A model generated the notes under the pieces. The model was given only the letters and a program-made list of their open reading frames with translations. It was not told the DNA's origin and did no database searches. Below, piece by piece: positions 31,467 through 41,368 of a stretch of DNA of 64,000 nucleotides. The position numbers and the translations under genes are program-made. The first letter of the stretch is position 1, and every line of letters starts with the position of its first letter. The stretch is from Lishizhenia tianjinensis. GTDB taxonomy: Bacteria > Bacteroidota > Bacteroidia > Flavobacteriales_D > Crocinitomicaceae. The DNA is taken from the NCBI GenBank assembly GCA_945902115.1, contig CAMDLY010000003.1, positions 14,029 through 78,028 on the forward strand. Reading direction: 5' to 3'.

Positions 31467-33105
31467 TGATTAATGCTTTTGCGGTGAGGCGTGCACTCTC
31501 TGTGATAACTTCACCACTCATCAATCGAGCGATTTCCTCAATTCTTTCACCATCTGCAATTTCAAATATTTGAGTAGTTACCCTCGAGACATCTTTAATT
31601 TTTCTCACGTAGAAATGCTTATTTGCCTTTGCAGCAACTTGGGGTAAATGGGAAATGGCGAAAATTTGACGTTGTTTTCCCATTTGCTTTAAAAACCTAC
31701 CCATTTTCTCCGCCACCTCTCCAGAAACACCCGTGTCAATCTCATCGAACAGTATCGTTGGTAAAGCTTTTTTCTCTGAGAGCATTTTTTGAAGTGCCAA
31801 CATCAACCTTGAGAGTTCTCCGCCACTTGCTGCCTTTTCTATTGACACAGGAGAAAAACCAACATTAGCAGAAAATAACCAGTTCATTAATGTAAGTCCT
31901 GTTTTGCCCAACTCATGTGATAGAGATAACTGAATAAGTAATTCTGTATCCGGTAAATTCAACTCAATAAGTAGATCAGAGAGATTTTGTGTTACTGAAG
32001 GACTACTATTTTGCCTAGCCATATGTAAAGCGTTCGCCACATCAAATAATCTTACTTCCTCTGATTTTAAGTGCTGTTCTAAAACATTTATTTCTTCTTC
32101 AAGCTTATTTGCATTCGAGAATTGACTGCACAGCTCGTCGTAAAGAATTTTAAGCTCCTCTTGGCTATGTAGTTTGTGTTTATTCAATAAGCGATTGTAT
32201 TCATCAATCTTTTGCGTCAGTTCATTCAATGCTCCTGAGTTCATTTCTTCATTCCCAATATTGGATGAAGCAATCGAAGCAATATCTTTCAATTCAAGGC
32301 GAATCGAACTTATTCTGTCACAAAGCTCTTTTGTTCGCGGATCGATTTCAACCCATTTTTCACCTGCTTGAACGAATTTCTTTAAGGTTTCTATCACATT
32401 TCCCTCGTCTTCCAACGTGGAGATACTGTTATAAAATTCATTCAATCCAAGTTGATGTTCCGAGAGTAGTAATTCTTGCTCTAATGCCACATAATCAGCT
32501 GTTGATAAATTCAATTTTGAAAGCTCCTCTTTGAGATACAAACGGTAATCATTGGATTTTTCACTCTCAAATAATTTATCCTTTAATAGTTGAAGTTTAT
32601 TTTTATCCTGCTGAAAAATAGTAAACTGTTGCCGAAATAATTTTGCGTCATCAAAAGTTCCTGCCAAGTAATCAAATAATTCTAACTGGTAGGATTTATC
32701 CTTTAATTCAATGGTGTTAAATTGTGAGTGTATATGGAATAATTTATTCGCTAGCTCTCGTTGAATAGATAAGGTAATTGGGCTATCATTAATAAATGCA
32801 CGTGATTTCCCCTCTTTTGTGATTTCCCTGCGAACCAATAGCTCGTCATCAATATCGATATCATGTAATTTTAACCATTCCAAGACTTCTGTATTTTGTG
32901 TAAATCGAGCCTCTACGATAGCTTTAGTTGCTGCTGGACCGATGATTGAAAAATCAGCCCGTTCACCGAGAATTAGATGCAGTGCATCAAGCAACATGGA
33001 CTTTCCCGAGCCAGTTTCACCGGTTATTACAGTGAAACCCTCTTTGAACCTTAATTCAACTCGTTCAATTATAGCAAAATTTTGAATGTTTAGCTGAGTA
33101 AGCAT
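31459..33105 (-). CDS. recN: DNA repair protein RecN
   Basis: 548 aa with Walker A ITGETGSGKS, a long coiled-coil middle and the signature ASGGELSR. Confidence 0.92.
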   Translation of the reverse strand: MLTQLNIQNFAIIERVELRFKEGFTVITGETGSGKSMLLDALHLILGERADFSIIGPAATKAIVEARFTQNTEVLEWLKLHDIDIDDELLVRREITKEGKSRAFINDSPITLSIQRELANKLFHIHSQFNTIELKDKSYQLELFDYLAGTFDDAKLFRQQFTIFQQDKNKLQLLKDKLFESEKSNDYRLYLKEELSKLNLSTADYVALEQELLLSEHQLGLNEFYNSISTLEDEGNVIETLKKFVQAGEKWVEIDPRTKELCDRISSIRLELKDIASIASSNIGNEEMNSGALNELTQKIDEYNRLLNKHKLHSQEELKILYDELCSQFSNANKLEEEINVLEQHLKSEEVRLFDVANALHMARQNSSPSVTQNLSDLLIELNLPDTELLIQLSLSHELGKTGLTLMNWLFSANVGFSPVSIEKAASGGELSRLMLALQKMLSEKKALPTILFDEIDTGVSGEVAEKMGRFLKQMGKQRQIFAISHLPQVAAKANKHFYVRKIKDVSRVTTQIFEIADGERIEEIARLMSGEVITESARLTAKALIND

Positions 33106-33109
33106 ATAG

Positions 33110-34018
33110 TTAATTCAATATTTCGGTATACCTCGACGAATTTCCAGAGTCTAATTTCTTCAAAAGATTTACGAAATCTGTTTTTTCCTTTATTTCAGAG
33201 TCGGATAAAACATTCTTGAACTCCATAAATTTGCCGTAAAGGAAATTCTGAACATTCACATTGTTCGGCCTTTGTTGAATGATAGGACTCAATTTATTCA
33301 GTGCATCGAACATTGCCTTCTTGGCGGCTACTTTATCATCGTATAATTTATCAATTCCTTTTCTGTGGTATGCATAATTACAATCTCTTAGCGGTTCATA
33401 TATTTGATGCAATATATTATCTACTAGCCAAAATCTATTTTTCTTTCCTGTTTCGCTGGATTTCCATCCTGCAAAACCCACCGATTGAGCAGTCGAGACT
33501 ATTTGTTGAGCTTCTGTAAAGTATGATGTGCCTCCCTTGGGTGCAAAAGAGTCATAATCCATACCAATAATAAAATAAGCATAGAATGCTAAAATTGATG
33601 TTAGGTTATCCTTGAATTGATTTTGTGCATATTGAAGCACAGTATTTCTAGAAAATGATATTTGCATATCTTCATCCTGAAAATTGAACAACACACTATT
33701 ATAATTTGAATGGAAAGCTGGTCGATTTGACTGCACAGACATACTGCCTGAATAGTTACCGGTACTTGGAATCGATTTTATCTGTATTCGGACGATACAA
33801 TTAATCCTTTCCTCGATATTGAATTTATCCTTTGTCCAAGTAGTATTATTCATGAAATCAGCGACTGTACGTTCCAACTGATCCAATATTTCTTTTTCAG
33901 TAGAGTTGACTTCTACCTTATTGTCTACAATAACATCCACCTGACAATTTAGCTCTTGCGAGTTTGCCTTCAATAAACCAAAGAAAGCGGTTAACAATAA
34001 GAAGGTATACTTTAACAT
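33110..34018 (-). CDS. DUF4835-family protein (PorD-like)
   Basis: 302 aa with a signal peptide. It occupies the recN / DUF4835 / coaBC neighbourhood typical of Bacteroidota. Confidence 0.55.
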   Translation of the reverse strand: MLKYTFLLLTAFFGLLKANSQELNCQVDVIVDNKVEVNSTEKEILDQLERTVADFMNNTTWTKDKFNIEERINCIVRIQIKSIPSTGNYSGSMSVQSNRPAFHSNYNSVLFNFQDEDMQISFSRNTVLQYAQNQFKDNLTSILAFYAYFIIGMDYDSFAPKGGTSYFTEAQQIVSTAQSVGFAGWKSSETGKKNRFWLVDNILHQIYEPLRDCNYAYHRKGIDKLYDDKVAAKKAMFDALNKLSPIIQQRPNNVNVQNFLYGKFMEFKNVLSDSEIKEKTDFVNLLKKLDSGNSSRYTEILN

Positions 34019-35202
34019 GCTGAGTCAATAAAATTCAATATATCCAATGCAACTTCAGATTTGGGTTTTTTATCGAAAGTAGAAATCCCACCTCTTTTAT
34101 CTAAGATAGTAATTTTATTACAATCGGATTGGAATGTTGTCCCTTCATTTTCCATAGAATTTAAGACAATGGCATCTAACTTTTTTGCATTTAACTTAGA
34201 TAACGCATTTTCCATAGAATTATTGGTCTCAAGGGCAAAACCCATGATAAATTGTCTCTCACTCTTATTTTTAGCTGCCCATCCGAGTATATCAGCGTTA
34301 CGTGTGAGCTTAAGTTCGAACTCACTCTCACTCTTTTTTATTTTTTGAGTTGAAATATCAATAGGACGATAATCTGCTACAGCAGCAGCAAAAATCCCCA
34401 CTTCATTTTTACTCCAATTTTCTACCACTTTTTCCATCATCTCGTGAGCAGAGGTAACATCAATTCTCGTCAAGTTGGGGTGGTGTAATTCACGTTGAAC
34501 AGGTCCAGAAATTAGGGTTACTACATACCCTTTGAAGAGTGCTTTCTCTGCAATTTCAAAACCCATTTTACCGCTTGAATAGTTACCAATATAACGCACC
34601 GGATCAATCTTTTCGTATGTTGGGCCTGCTGTAATCAATATGTTTTTTGATGAAACGCTATGATTTAGTAAAGTGTTTTGAATGCATTCAGCAATGTATT
34701 CTGGCTCCTCCATTCTGCCATGTCCTTCCAAGCCACTTGCCAATTTCCCGGATGTCGCAGGAATAACATGCACACCATCAGAAATTAATTGTAATAAGTT
34801 CCGCTTGAATGAAGGGTGCTGATACATATCGAGATCCATTGCTGGGGCAATAATTGTTTTACATTTTGCTGATAAATATGTAGCAAGTAATAAATTGTCA
34901 CACAATCCATTTGACATTTTTGCAACCGTATTGGACGTTGCCGGCGCAATGACGAAGATATCTGCCCAAAGAGCCAATTCTACGTGATTATTCCAAACGC
35001 CAGTATCTTTATTCCAAAATTCTATAAACACTGGATTTTCTGAAAGAGTACTCACCACTAGAGGGCTTATAAAATCAGAAGAGGCAGGAGTCATTATACA
35101 TTTGACTTCTGCCCCTTTACTTTTTAATATTCTAATGAGGTAAGCAATTTTGTAAGCTGCAATGCCTCCTGTAATTCCTAGAAGGATGCGCTTAGATAAC
35201 AT
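34012..35202 (-). CDS. coaBC: bifunctional phosphopantothenoylcysteine decarboxylase / phosphopantothenate-cysteine ligase
   Basis: 396 aa with the flavoprotein N-terminus GITGGIAAYK and the DFP ligase C-terminal domain. Confidence 0.92.
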   Translation of the reverse strand: MLSKRILLGITGGIAAYKIAYLIRILKSKGAEVKCIMTPASSDFISPLVVSTLSENPVFIEFWNKDTGVWNNHVELALWADIFVIAPATSNTVAKMSNGLCDNLLLATYLSAKCKTIIAPAMDLDMYQHPSFKRNLLQLISDGVHVIPATSGKLASGLEGHGRMEEPEYIAECIQNTLLNHSVSSKNILITAGPTYEKIDPVRYIGNYSSGKMGFEIAEKALFKGYVVTLISGPVQRELHHPNLTRIDVTSAHEMMEKVVENWSKNEVGIFAAAVADYRPIDISTQKIKKSESEFELKLTRNADILGWAAKNKSERQFIMGFALETNNSMENALSKLNAKKLDAIVLNSMENEGTTFQSDCNKITILDKRGGISTFDKKPKSEVALDILNFIDSAC

Positions 35203-35525
35203 TACTCTTCTGACTCGGGATTACGAACGTAAATTTTATCTTCAAGTAATTCTTGGGTAGCTATAGCAGTAGCTTTCGCCATTCGCTCATAGTGCTTTGA
35301 AATTTCAATTTGTTCTCTGTTCTCAAAAATCTCCTCAAGGTTATCTGTTGAAGAAGCAAATTCTTGCAGCTTTTGAGTAAGTTCTTCTTTCATATCTGCA
35401 CTTATCTGATTAGATCTTTTGGAAATAACCACTAAGGACTCATAGATGTTTCCTGTTTTTTCCTCCAATAAAATAGTATCTCTCGTTACGGTAGACTTTT
35501 CAGCTATTATGTTTCTTGTACTCAT
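35202..35525 (-). CDS. RNA polymerase omega-subunit-like protein
   Basis: 107 aa acidic protein between bamD and coaBC, the usual Bacteroidota position for this gene. Confidence 0.5.
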   Translation of the reverse strand: MSTRNIIAEKSTVTRDTILLEEKTGNIYESLVVISKRSNQISADMKEELTQKLQEFASSTDNLEEIFENREQIEISKHYERMAKATAIATQELLEDKIYVRNPESEE

Positions 35526-35535
35526 AGTTTATTCC

Positions 35536-36324
35536 TTATTTAATCTTCTCTCCTTTATCTAGTTTATCCATTAAACTATTTAATTCATTTAAATAGTTGG
35601 AAGTTTTGAACTGGCCTACAAAGTTAAGTAATCTTTCTTTAGCTTTATCAATTCTTTGTTGTTTTTTAGCGTCGATACTGTTTTGGGCCAATAAAATTGC
35701 ATTTTTCGTCCATAAATATTCGTTTTCCTCGAAAAACTTTGACCGAGCATACCTTGTACTAAAGATTTCTGCCGAAGTTACTGCTGCTCGGTAGTTATTT
35801 GTTTTATCATATAATCTAACCTCTTCAAAATCTTTCAATTCAATTTTAGAACGAAGGTCATCTATGATTTGGTTGCAAGAATCGATAAGTGTACTCTGAG
35901 GATAGCGATTAACAAAATCTTGGACGTTATTAATTGCTTTGGTAGTTTCGCTCTGGTCTAGGTAATAAAAAGGTGAATTTCTAACACTACATAGAGCTTT
36001 CATAAACATTGACTCTTCAATTTTTGGACTGAAAGGGAATCGAGATAGATAGGATTCAAAGTAATATTCAGCCATGTAATAATCTTTGGTTTCGTAATAA
36101 GACTTTGCCAAGCGGTAATAGGCCAATTCTCCTTCACCAGTTTTTGGGCTATGTTGATAAATTTGCTCAAAAAGTACAATACAGCGATCGAAATCTTTTT
36201 TTTCATAAAGTGCGTTAGCAGTCTCAAACTTCAATGTGTAATCATCTCCCTTTACCACTTTGGAATATTCTGAGCACGAAGCCACCAAAACAAAAAACAC
36301 TAAATAACTTGTAATTACTTTCAT
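35536..36324 (-). CDS. bamD: outer membrane protein assembly factor BamD (TPR lipoprotein)
   Basis: 262 aa with a lipoprotein signal (LVASCSEY) and TPR-like repeats. Confidence 0.65.
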   Translation of the reverse strand: MKVITSYLVFFVLVASCSEYSKVVKGDDYTLKFETANALYEKKDFDRCIVLFEQIYQHSPKTGEGELAYYRLAKSYYETKDYYMAEYYFESYLSRFPFSPKIEESMFMKALCSVRNSPFYYLDQSETTKAINNVQDFVNRYPQSTLIDSCNQIIDDLRSKIELKDFEEVRLYDKTNNYRAAVTSAEIFSTRYARSKFFEENEYLWTKNAILLAQNSIDAKKQQRIDKAKERLLNFVGQFKTSNYLNELNSLMDKLDKGEKIK

Positions 36325-37310
36325 TTTACCCTTAAACTTTTTCCAATTTGTAATGTTGTCGACGTTTTTATCTTGTTTAATTGACAGAGCTGAGATATTG
36401 TTGTGCCATGCTTTCTAGCAATTGACGACAAGGTATCTCCAGAACGAACCTGGTAATACTTAGCCTGCGATGCACGAACTACAGGCTTTGGATTAATTTT
36501 AATTACCTCGCCTTTATCTTCTGTGCTATTGTCAACTTCCTTGTTTCCCGAATAATAATGATCACTCGGCTTGGCACCTGCTCGAAATAAACCACTATGC
36601 ACTAAAACACTGTCATTTTTTAATTTTTTCGTTTGAAAATTAATAATTTCTTCTGGATTCATGGTGGCGTCATAGAACCTCACTTCGAAGTGCAAGTGAG
36701 AACCAAAGGAATGACCAGTATTCCCTCCAAGTGCAATTGGCTCTCCAGCTACAACTTCCTGATTGGGATATACAAGAAATTTGCTTAAATGACCGTAATA
36801 TGTTTCAAAGCTATTTGGATGCCTAAGTACAACTAGGTTTCCGTAGCCACCTTCGTTATATTTTGCGTATCTCACCTTTCCTGACCAAGCTGCATAAACT
36901 GTATCACCTGTTTCCAAATCTAAATCCATTCCAGTGTGCTGCCTTCCATTTCTAAACTTGTAGGTGGAAGTTACTATGCCAGAGACAGGAGGGAAATACT
37001 CACTGCTTTCCCCGCCATTCAGATGAACCCATACGGAATCTTTCATTTGACCGAGGTCGTTTCTCGCACCTGATAGGTAGGAATTATTATTCCAGTTTAA
37101 ATTGAATTTGAATTGTTGTTTTTCTGTCATAAACTGGTGTACCCGTTTATTCATGACCCCATCAAATTTATTTTCATCGTATAAACGCCATGTCTGATTG
37201 GAGAATACTAGAATTTTTCCAATACTTGTCTCAATGGTATCAATACACGTTTGGCCTTTTACCAAGGCAACATTTACGAATACTAAAAACAAAAGAAGCT
37301 TAGCTGGCAA
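36321..37310 (-). CDS. M23 peptidase with a C-terminal LysM domain
   Basis: 329 aa with the motifs HTGMDLD and GHSFGSHLHFEV. The LysM segment is YQVRSGDTLSSIARKHGTTISQLCQLNKI. Confidence 0.85.
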   Translation of the reverse strand: MPAKLLLFLVFVNVALVKGQTCIDTIETSIGKILVFSNQTWRLYDENKFDGVMNKRVHQFMTEKQQFKFNLNWNNNSYLSGARNDLGQMKDSVWVHLNGGESSEYFPPVSGIVTSTYKFRNGRQHTGMDLDLETGDTVYAAWSGKVRYAKYNEGGYGNLVVLRHPNSFETYYGHLSKFLVYPNQEVVAGEPIALGGNTGHSFGSHLHFEVRFYDATMNPEEIINFQTKKLKNDSVLVHSGLFRAGAKPSDHYYSGNKEVDNSTEDKGEVIKINPKPVVRASQAKYYQVRSGDTLSSIARKHGTTISQLCQLNKIKTSTTLQIGKSLRVK

Positions 37311-37346
37311 GGTTTTTTTTATTGAAGGACCAAAGGTACTAAAAAA

Positions 37347-38231
37347 TTAAATTGCTCTTACGTCATCGATTTCTATATTGAATAGAACTGCCTCATTGGG
37401 TTTTACCTTATTGGCAAAGCCAAATTTACCGTATGCTTGTGCCGCCTCCAATAGAACAAAATACCTCTCGCCCACTTTCGCTTTCTTCAATATTTTTCTC
37501 AGACCGGGCACTAAGGCATTTTGACCGGGGATATACCTAATTGGGGTATTGTTAAAATACGTGTTAATGACATTTGCCGTTGTTTTGGTTGATGCCGTCA
37601 TCTGAAGATAAAATTGTTTGTCTTCCGTTTGATCTAAATCAGAAGCTATTCCGTCTTTTATTAACCACGACTTGATTCCATTTTCATTGATGCTTGGCTC
37701 AACATAAGAATATATCTTAACATACAACCAAACAGTAGAATTAGCTGGAATGACATCTCCTAGACCTTTATTTCCATATGCGAATGAAGAAGGTAATTCA
37801 ATTTTTACAAAATCCCCTAGTGATAATTCTTTAAAGGCAATATCCCAGCCCAGTGTTTGAACATTATACCCAACAATAAATGGGAAAACGGGCAAGTTGG
37901 CCCTATTATTTCCGTCTATAATTTTACCATCGGGAAGAGTCAGTCTATATTCAATAAGCACCATTTCGCCATCTTTTATTTTTCTCCCTTCGGCATCGTT
38001 TAACCATTTAATTTGTATTCCACTCGGAAGTGTTTTAGATGTGACTACCTTCCCCTGCTCAAATGACTTTAAATTTTCCTTGGAGTCACCGAACGAGGTG
38101 GTGTCGCCTTTAGGGCTTACTTTATCCTTATTCTTGATTTCGGTTTTTACAGGCTCGTTTGATTTCTCATCTTTCTGCACACAAGAAAACAGAAAAAAAA
38201 TAAGAAGAGAAAAAATTGTAAGTATTTTCAT
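37347..38231 (-). CDS. FKBP-type peptidyl-prolyl cis-trans isomerase (two-domain lipoprotein)
   Basis: 294 aa with FKBP motifs (GDFVKIELPSSFAYGNKG). Confidence 0.75.
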   Translation of the reverse strand: MKILTIFSLLIFFLFSCVQKDEKSNEPVKTEIKNKDKVSPKGDTTSFGDSKENLKSFEQGKVVTSKTLPSGIQIKWLNDAEGRKIKDGEMVLIEYRLTLPDGKIIDGNNRANLPVFPFIVGYNVQTLGWDIAFKELSLGDFVKIELPSSFAYGNKGLGDVIPANSTVWLYVKIYSYVEPSINENGIKSWLIKDGIASDLDQTEDKQFYLQMTASTKTTANVINTYFNNTPIRYIPGQNALVPGLRKILKKAKVGERYFVLLEAAQAYGKFGFANKVKPNEAVLFNIEIDDVRAI

Positions 38232-38752
38232 TTTATTTCCAATAATTTAACATCAACATACAAAATCGCTTGAGGAGGTATGGTATATCGATCCCCTAAT
38301 AACCCATGTCCTAAATAACTCGGTAAAATAAATTTTGCTTTCTCTCCAAGCCTCATCAGTCTTATGCCTTCTTGAATCCCGGACTCAACATCACTTTTAC
38401 CAATCACAATAGACTCCTTTCCAGAAATAGTATCTGTTTTATAGCAGATCGTTCCATCGAGGCGCTCAATTTTGACATTCACACTTACTTCATTCCCCAT
38501 CTTAACTTTATCTCCTTTTGTCTTGTTATAAATCATATAACGAAGACCAGAGCTAGTCGTATCCATTTTTAGGTAGTTGTGATGACGTAAAAAAGCACTT
38601 ATTTCAAGTTGCTCTCTGGCGTTTAACTCCTGGTTAAAATCAACCGAGTGCTCTTTACCCCAATCTTTTTTTTCTTCAACTTTCTTTTGATTCTCTGGTC
38701 GACAAGCGATTAACAAGGCAGAGATCAACAAAAAAGAAAGATACGTGCGCAT
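38228..38752 (-). CDS. FKBP-type peptidyl-prolyl cis-trans isomerase
   Basis: 174 aa with a lipoprotein signal (LIACR) and the motif GEKAKFILPSYLGHGLLG. Confidence 0.75.
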   Translation of the reverse strand: MRTYLSFLLISALLIACRPENQKKVEEKKDWGKEHSVDFNQELNAREQLEISAFLRHHNYLKMDTTSSGLRYMIYNKTKGDKVKMGNEVSVNVKIERLDGTICYKTDTISGKESIVIGKSDVESGIQEGIRLMRLGEKAKFILPSYLGHGLLGDRYTIPPQAILYVDVKLLEIK

Positions 38753-38754
38753 AC

Positions 38755-39741
38755 TTATAATAACTCGTGTAGTAACGACTTGAAGCGAGAAATAGTTACA
38801 TCCAAGCTATCCTTAGATTCGCCACCTGCAGCATATTTATGTCCGCCACCATTAAAATGGTTGGATGCAAATTCGTTCACATAATAAGTACCTTTTGACC
38901 GAAAGGACATCTTGACGCCCCCCTCTTTCTCAACTGCAAATAAGGCTATGTGTATTCCCTTAATGGATAAAACAACGTTTACCAAGCCTTCTGTATCACC
39001 TTTTTTATAATTAAATCGTCTTAAGTCATCACCACTTAGGGTAATAATACCAATAGGAGTATTTGGGATCAGTTCCATGCGTTCTGCAATAGCAAAACCT
39101 CTTAATTGTAATTTACCGACAGTATTATCGTCATAAATTGCCTCGTGAATCTCTACATGGTTAAGTCCTAGTGATAGTAATCTTTCCAATACATGATGTG
39201 TATATGCGCATACAGAGGGGAATCTGAAAGAACCCGTATCTGTCATCATACCCAAATAAATCCCCCTTGCACAAGCCATATCCACATGATTTTCCAAACC
39301 ATTATTTTCTAAAATCTCGTAGAACAGCTCTGCGGTTGAAGAAGACGTAACTTTGGAGATACTCCAAGTGGTAAATATAGACGGATTCGGGTGATGATCA
39401 ATCATTATCGACGGGCGCGTTAACGACTTGAATATGTCCTGCATGTCTTCTCCCACTCTCGATGGGCTGTTATAATCGAGGTGTATAGAAGCCTCTACTT
39501 TTAATAGCTCTATACGTGCCTGCTCGTCGAGTAAATCATAAACTCGGTAGTTGACATTTTGCAAAAAAGGAATTAAAAAGTCAGCGGGTGAATCTGGTAA
39601 CAAAACAATTGCCTCTTTACCTAAATTTTTCAAAAAGAAATAGCAAGCTGAGGCACTACCAATTGCGTCTCCATCGGGAGATTTATGCGTAGTAATTAAG
39701 AAGGAAAGGTGGCTAGAAACTATATGTTTAAAAGAATCCAT
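38755..39741 (-). CDS. nrnA: DHH-family phosphoesterase (NrnA-like oligoribonuclease / pAp phosphatase)
   Basis: Motifs DGDAIGS, MIDHHPN and GGGHKYAAGG. I moved the start to the internal ATG (MDSFKHIV), 1 nt after the upstream gene's stop. Confidence 0.85.
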   Translation of the reverse strand: MDSFKHIVSSHLSFLITTHKSPDGDAIGSASACYFFLKNLGKEAIVLLPDSPADFLIPFLQNVNYRVYDLLDEQARIELLKVEASIHLDYNSPSRVGEDMQDIFKSLTRPSIMIDHHPNPSIFTTWSISKVTSSSTAELFYEILENNGLENHVDMACARGIYLGMMTDTGSFRFPSVCAYTHHVLERLLSLGLNHVEIHEAIYDDNTVGKLQLRGFAIAERMELIPNTPIGIITLSGDDLRRFNYKKGDTEGLVNVVLSIKGIHIALFAVEKEGGVKMSFRSKGTYYVNEFASNHFNGGGHKYAAGGESKDSLDVTISRFKSLLHELL

Positions 39742-39742
39742 A

Positions 39743-41314
39743 TTAATTCTTTTGTTGCATTTGTTCATCTTCCTCTTTGTCGGGAGGAAATAGCTTAGGT
39801 TCATCTTTTTTATTCTGAAGATAATCCAACATATCTTCAATTTGTGAAATACTCACGCGTTTAGCGATGATCTTTTTGTCCTTATCTAAAATATATACGA
39901 CCGGTGTACTAAAAATGTCATAAGTGGTTTGATAATTAAGCGATTCTAGCGTAGTTGGTTTCGGTCTGAGATCTCCGGGCACAGGCACTAGGCTATTTGG
40001 ATCTTTTTTAGCTAATTCATACAATTTATCTGTCACTGCGACATTTATAAATTCTAATTTATTATCTCTGATAAACTTTTTCCAACCTTCAAAATCCTTA
40101 CCTATTGCTTTACCCACAGCTACCACCTCTACATTACGTGCCTTCAGCTTTTTTAGGTATAGTTCATTTAATTTGGGTGTTGTTTTCTTACAATGTCCGC
40201 ACTCAGGATCCCAAAAATACAAGATTGTATATTCCGCGTTGAGTTTATATAAATCAACCCAATTCACATCTGTGGTATCCTTTAGGATAAGGTTCGGTGG
40301 CCGAACACCAACAACTAAGTTCAGTTTATTTTCAATATTGTCGCAAAGGTCTTTCAATTTATCTTCTGTTACCCAGAATGCCGGAGATTTTCCCTCCGAA
40401 TTTTTTGAACAGTAATACTTATTTACCATGTATAAGTATACCTTGTCCATTCCCATGATTTCGCTTTTCCCGTAGTTGGATGTAATCCAACCAACACAGT
40501 ACTCAAACATTTTTGATTTTGGATCTAACCGATCACAGAAGTCGTAGGCATATTTCACGACAGTATCCCAATGTTGTATCATCATATTTTTTCCAAAATA
40601 GAACTCTAACTTGTTATGAAAAACTGGGTTGTTCACCAATGCGTCATATTTGAGATCTACATTATCCCAAAAATGAGTTCTGTAAAATTTAAAACGGAAT
40701 TCGGGATCTATTTCTTTCCCATCTTTATCTTTAGGGCTTTCAGGAACTTCAACTTCCATGGACATCTTTACTATTCTACCCACCATTTTTGAAGCATGTG
40801 TGGTAATGAGATTTTTTTGATAAGCATCTACTTCTTTATTTAAGGACTCAATTTTATCTGTAAGCGTATTGTAAGCGGGGTCGTCTTTTTTTTGTTTATT
40901 TCTTTCCTCTGATAATTTATTTACCTCGACTTTCTTTTCCGTTATGTAGTTTACATAGGGAACAAAAAATCTATTTTCCTCAGACTTCTTGACTTTCATG
41001 TTTTTCATAAAATCTGGCGCAGCGGTTTCCATAATAACATCTTCGTTATTATAAATGAATTCAAAATACTTTTGACCAGGCAATAACAACCCCACAATTC
41101 CTGGTACTTGTTTTTTACCTTCAAAAACAACCTCTCCATTTTTCATTTCTGCTGTGTCAGCATAGAAAAGCTTTTGACCGTAATATTTTATGAGGTATAC
41201 GGTAGTGTCTTTTTGACCGGTAACTTTTAGTCTAATCTTTTGAGCTTCAGCACTGTAAAAAAGACTCATAAACAAGCAAATGGCAACTATTTTTTTCATT
41301 CTATTCATTTTCAT
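39743..41314 (-). CDS. TlpA-like thioredoxin-fold lipoprotein (thiol:disulfide oxidoreductase)
   Basis: 523 aa with a signal peptide and the C-terminal redox motif WDPECGHCKK. The true start may be the ATG at 41299. Confidence 0.7.
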   Translation of the reverse strand: MKMNRMKKIVAICLFMSLFYSAEAQKIRLKVTGQKDTTVYLIKYYGQKLFYADTAEMKNGEVVFEGKKQVPGIVGLLLPGQKYFEFIYNNEDVIMETAAPDFMKNMKVKKSEENRFFVPYVNYITEKKVEVNKLSEERNKQKKDDPAYNTLTDKIESLNKEVDAYQKNLITTHASKMVGRIVKMSMEVEVPESPKDKDGKEIDPEFRFKFYRTHFWDNVDLKYDALVNNPVFHNKLEFYFGKNMMIQHWDTVVKYAYDFCDRLDPKSKMFEYCVGWITSNYGKSEIMGMDKVYLYMVNKYYCSKNSEGKSPAFWVTEDKLKDLCDNIENKLNLVVGVRPPNLILKDTTDVNWVDLYKLNAEYTILYFWDPECGHCKKTTPKLNELYLKKLKARNVEVVAVGKAIGKDFEGWKKFIRDNKLEFINVAVTDKLYELAKKDPNSLVPVPGDLRPKPTTLESLNYQTTYDIFSTPVVYILDKDKKIIAKRVSISQIEDMLDYLQNKKDEPKLFPPDKEEDEQMQQKN

Positions 41315-41368
41315 ATACGAATATCTAATAATATTTATTTAGTGTACAGATATTAACATTTCTTTAAC

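Noticed and set aside
37897-38250. A 117-aa + strand ORF antisense to the FKBP gene
   Set aside because: It is an antisense shadow ORF with no motifs.
39742-39840. A 33-codon N-terminal extension of the nrnA-like ORF
   Set aside because: It overlaps the 3' end of the upstream thioredoxin-like gene by 98 nt. The ATG at 39741 gives a normal DHH-family N-terminus.
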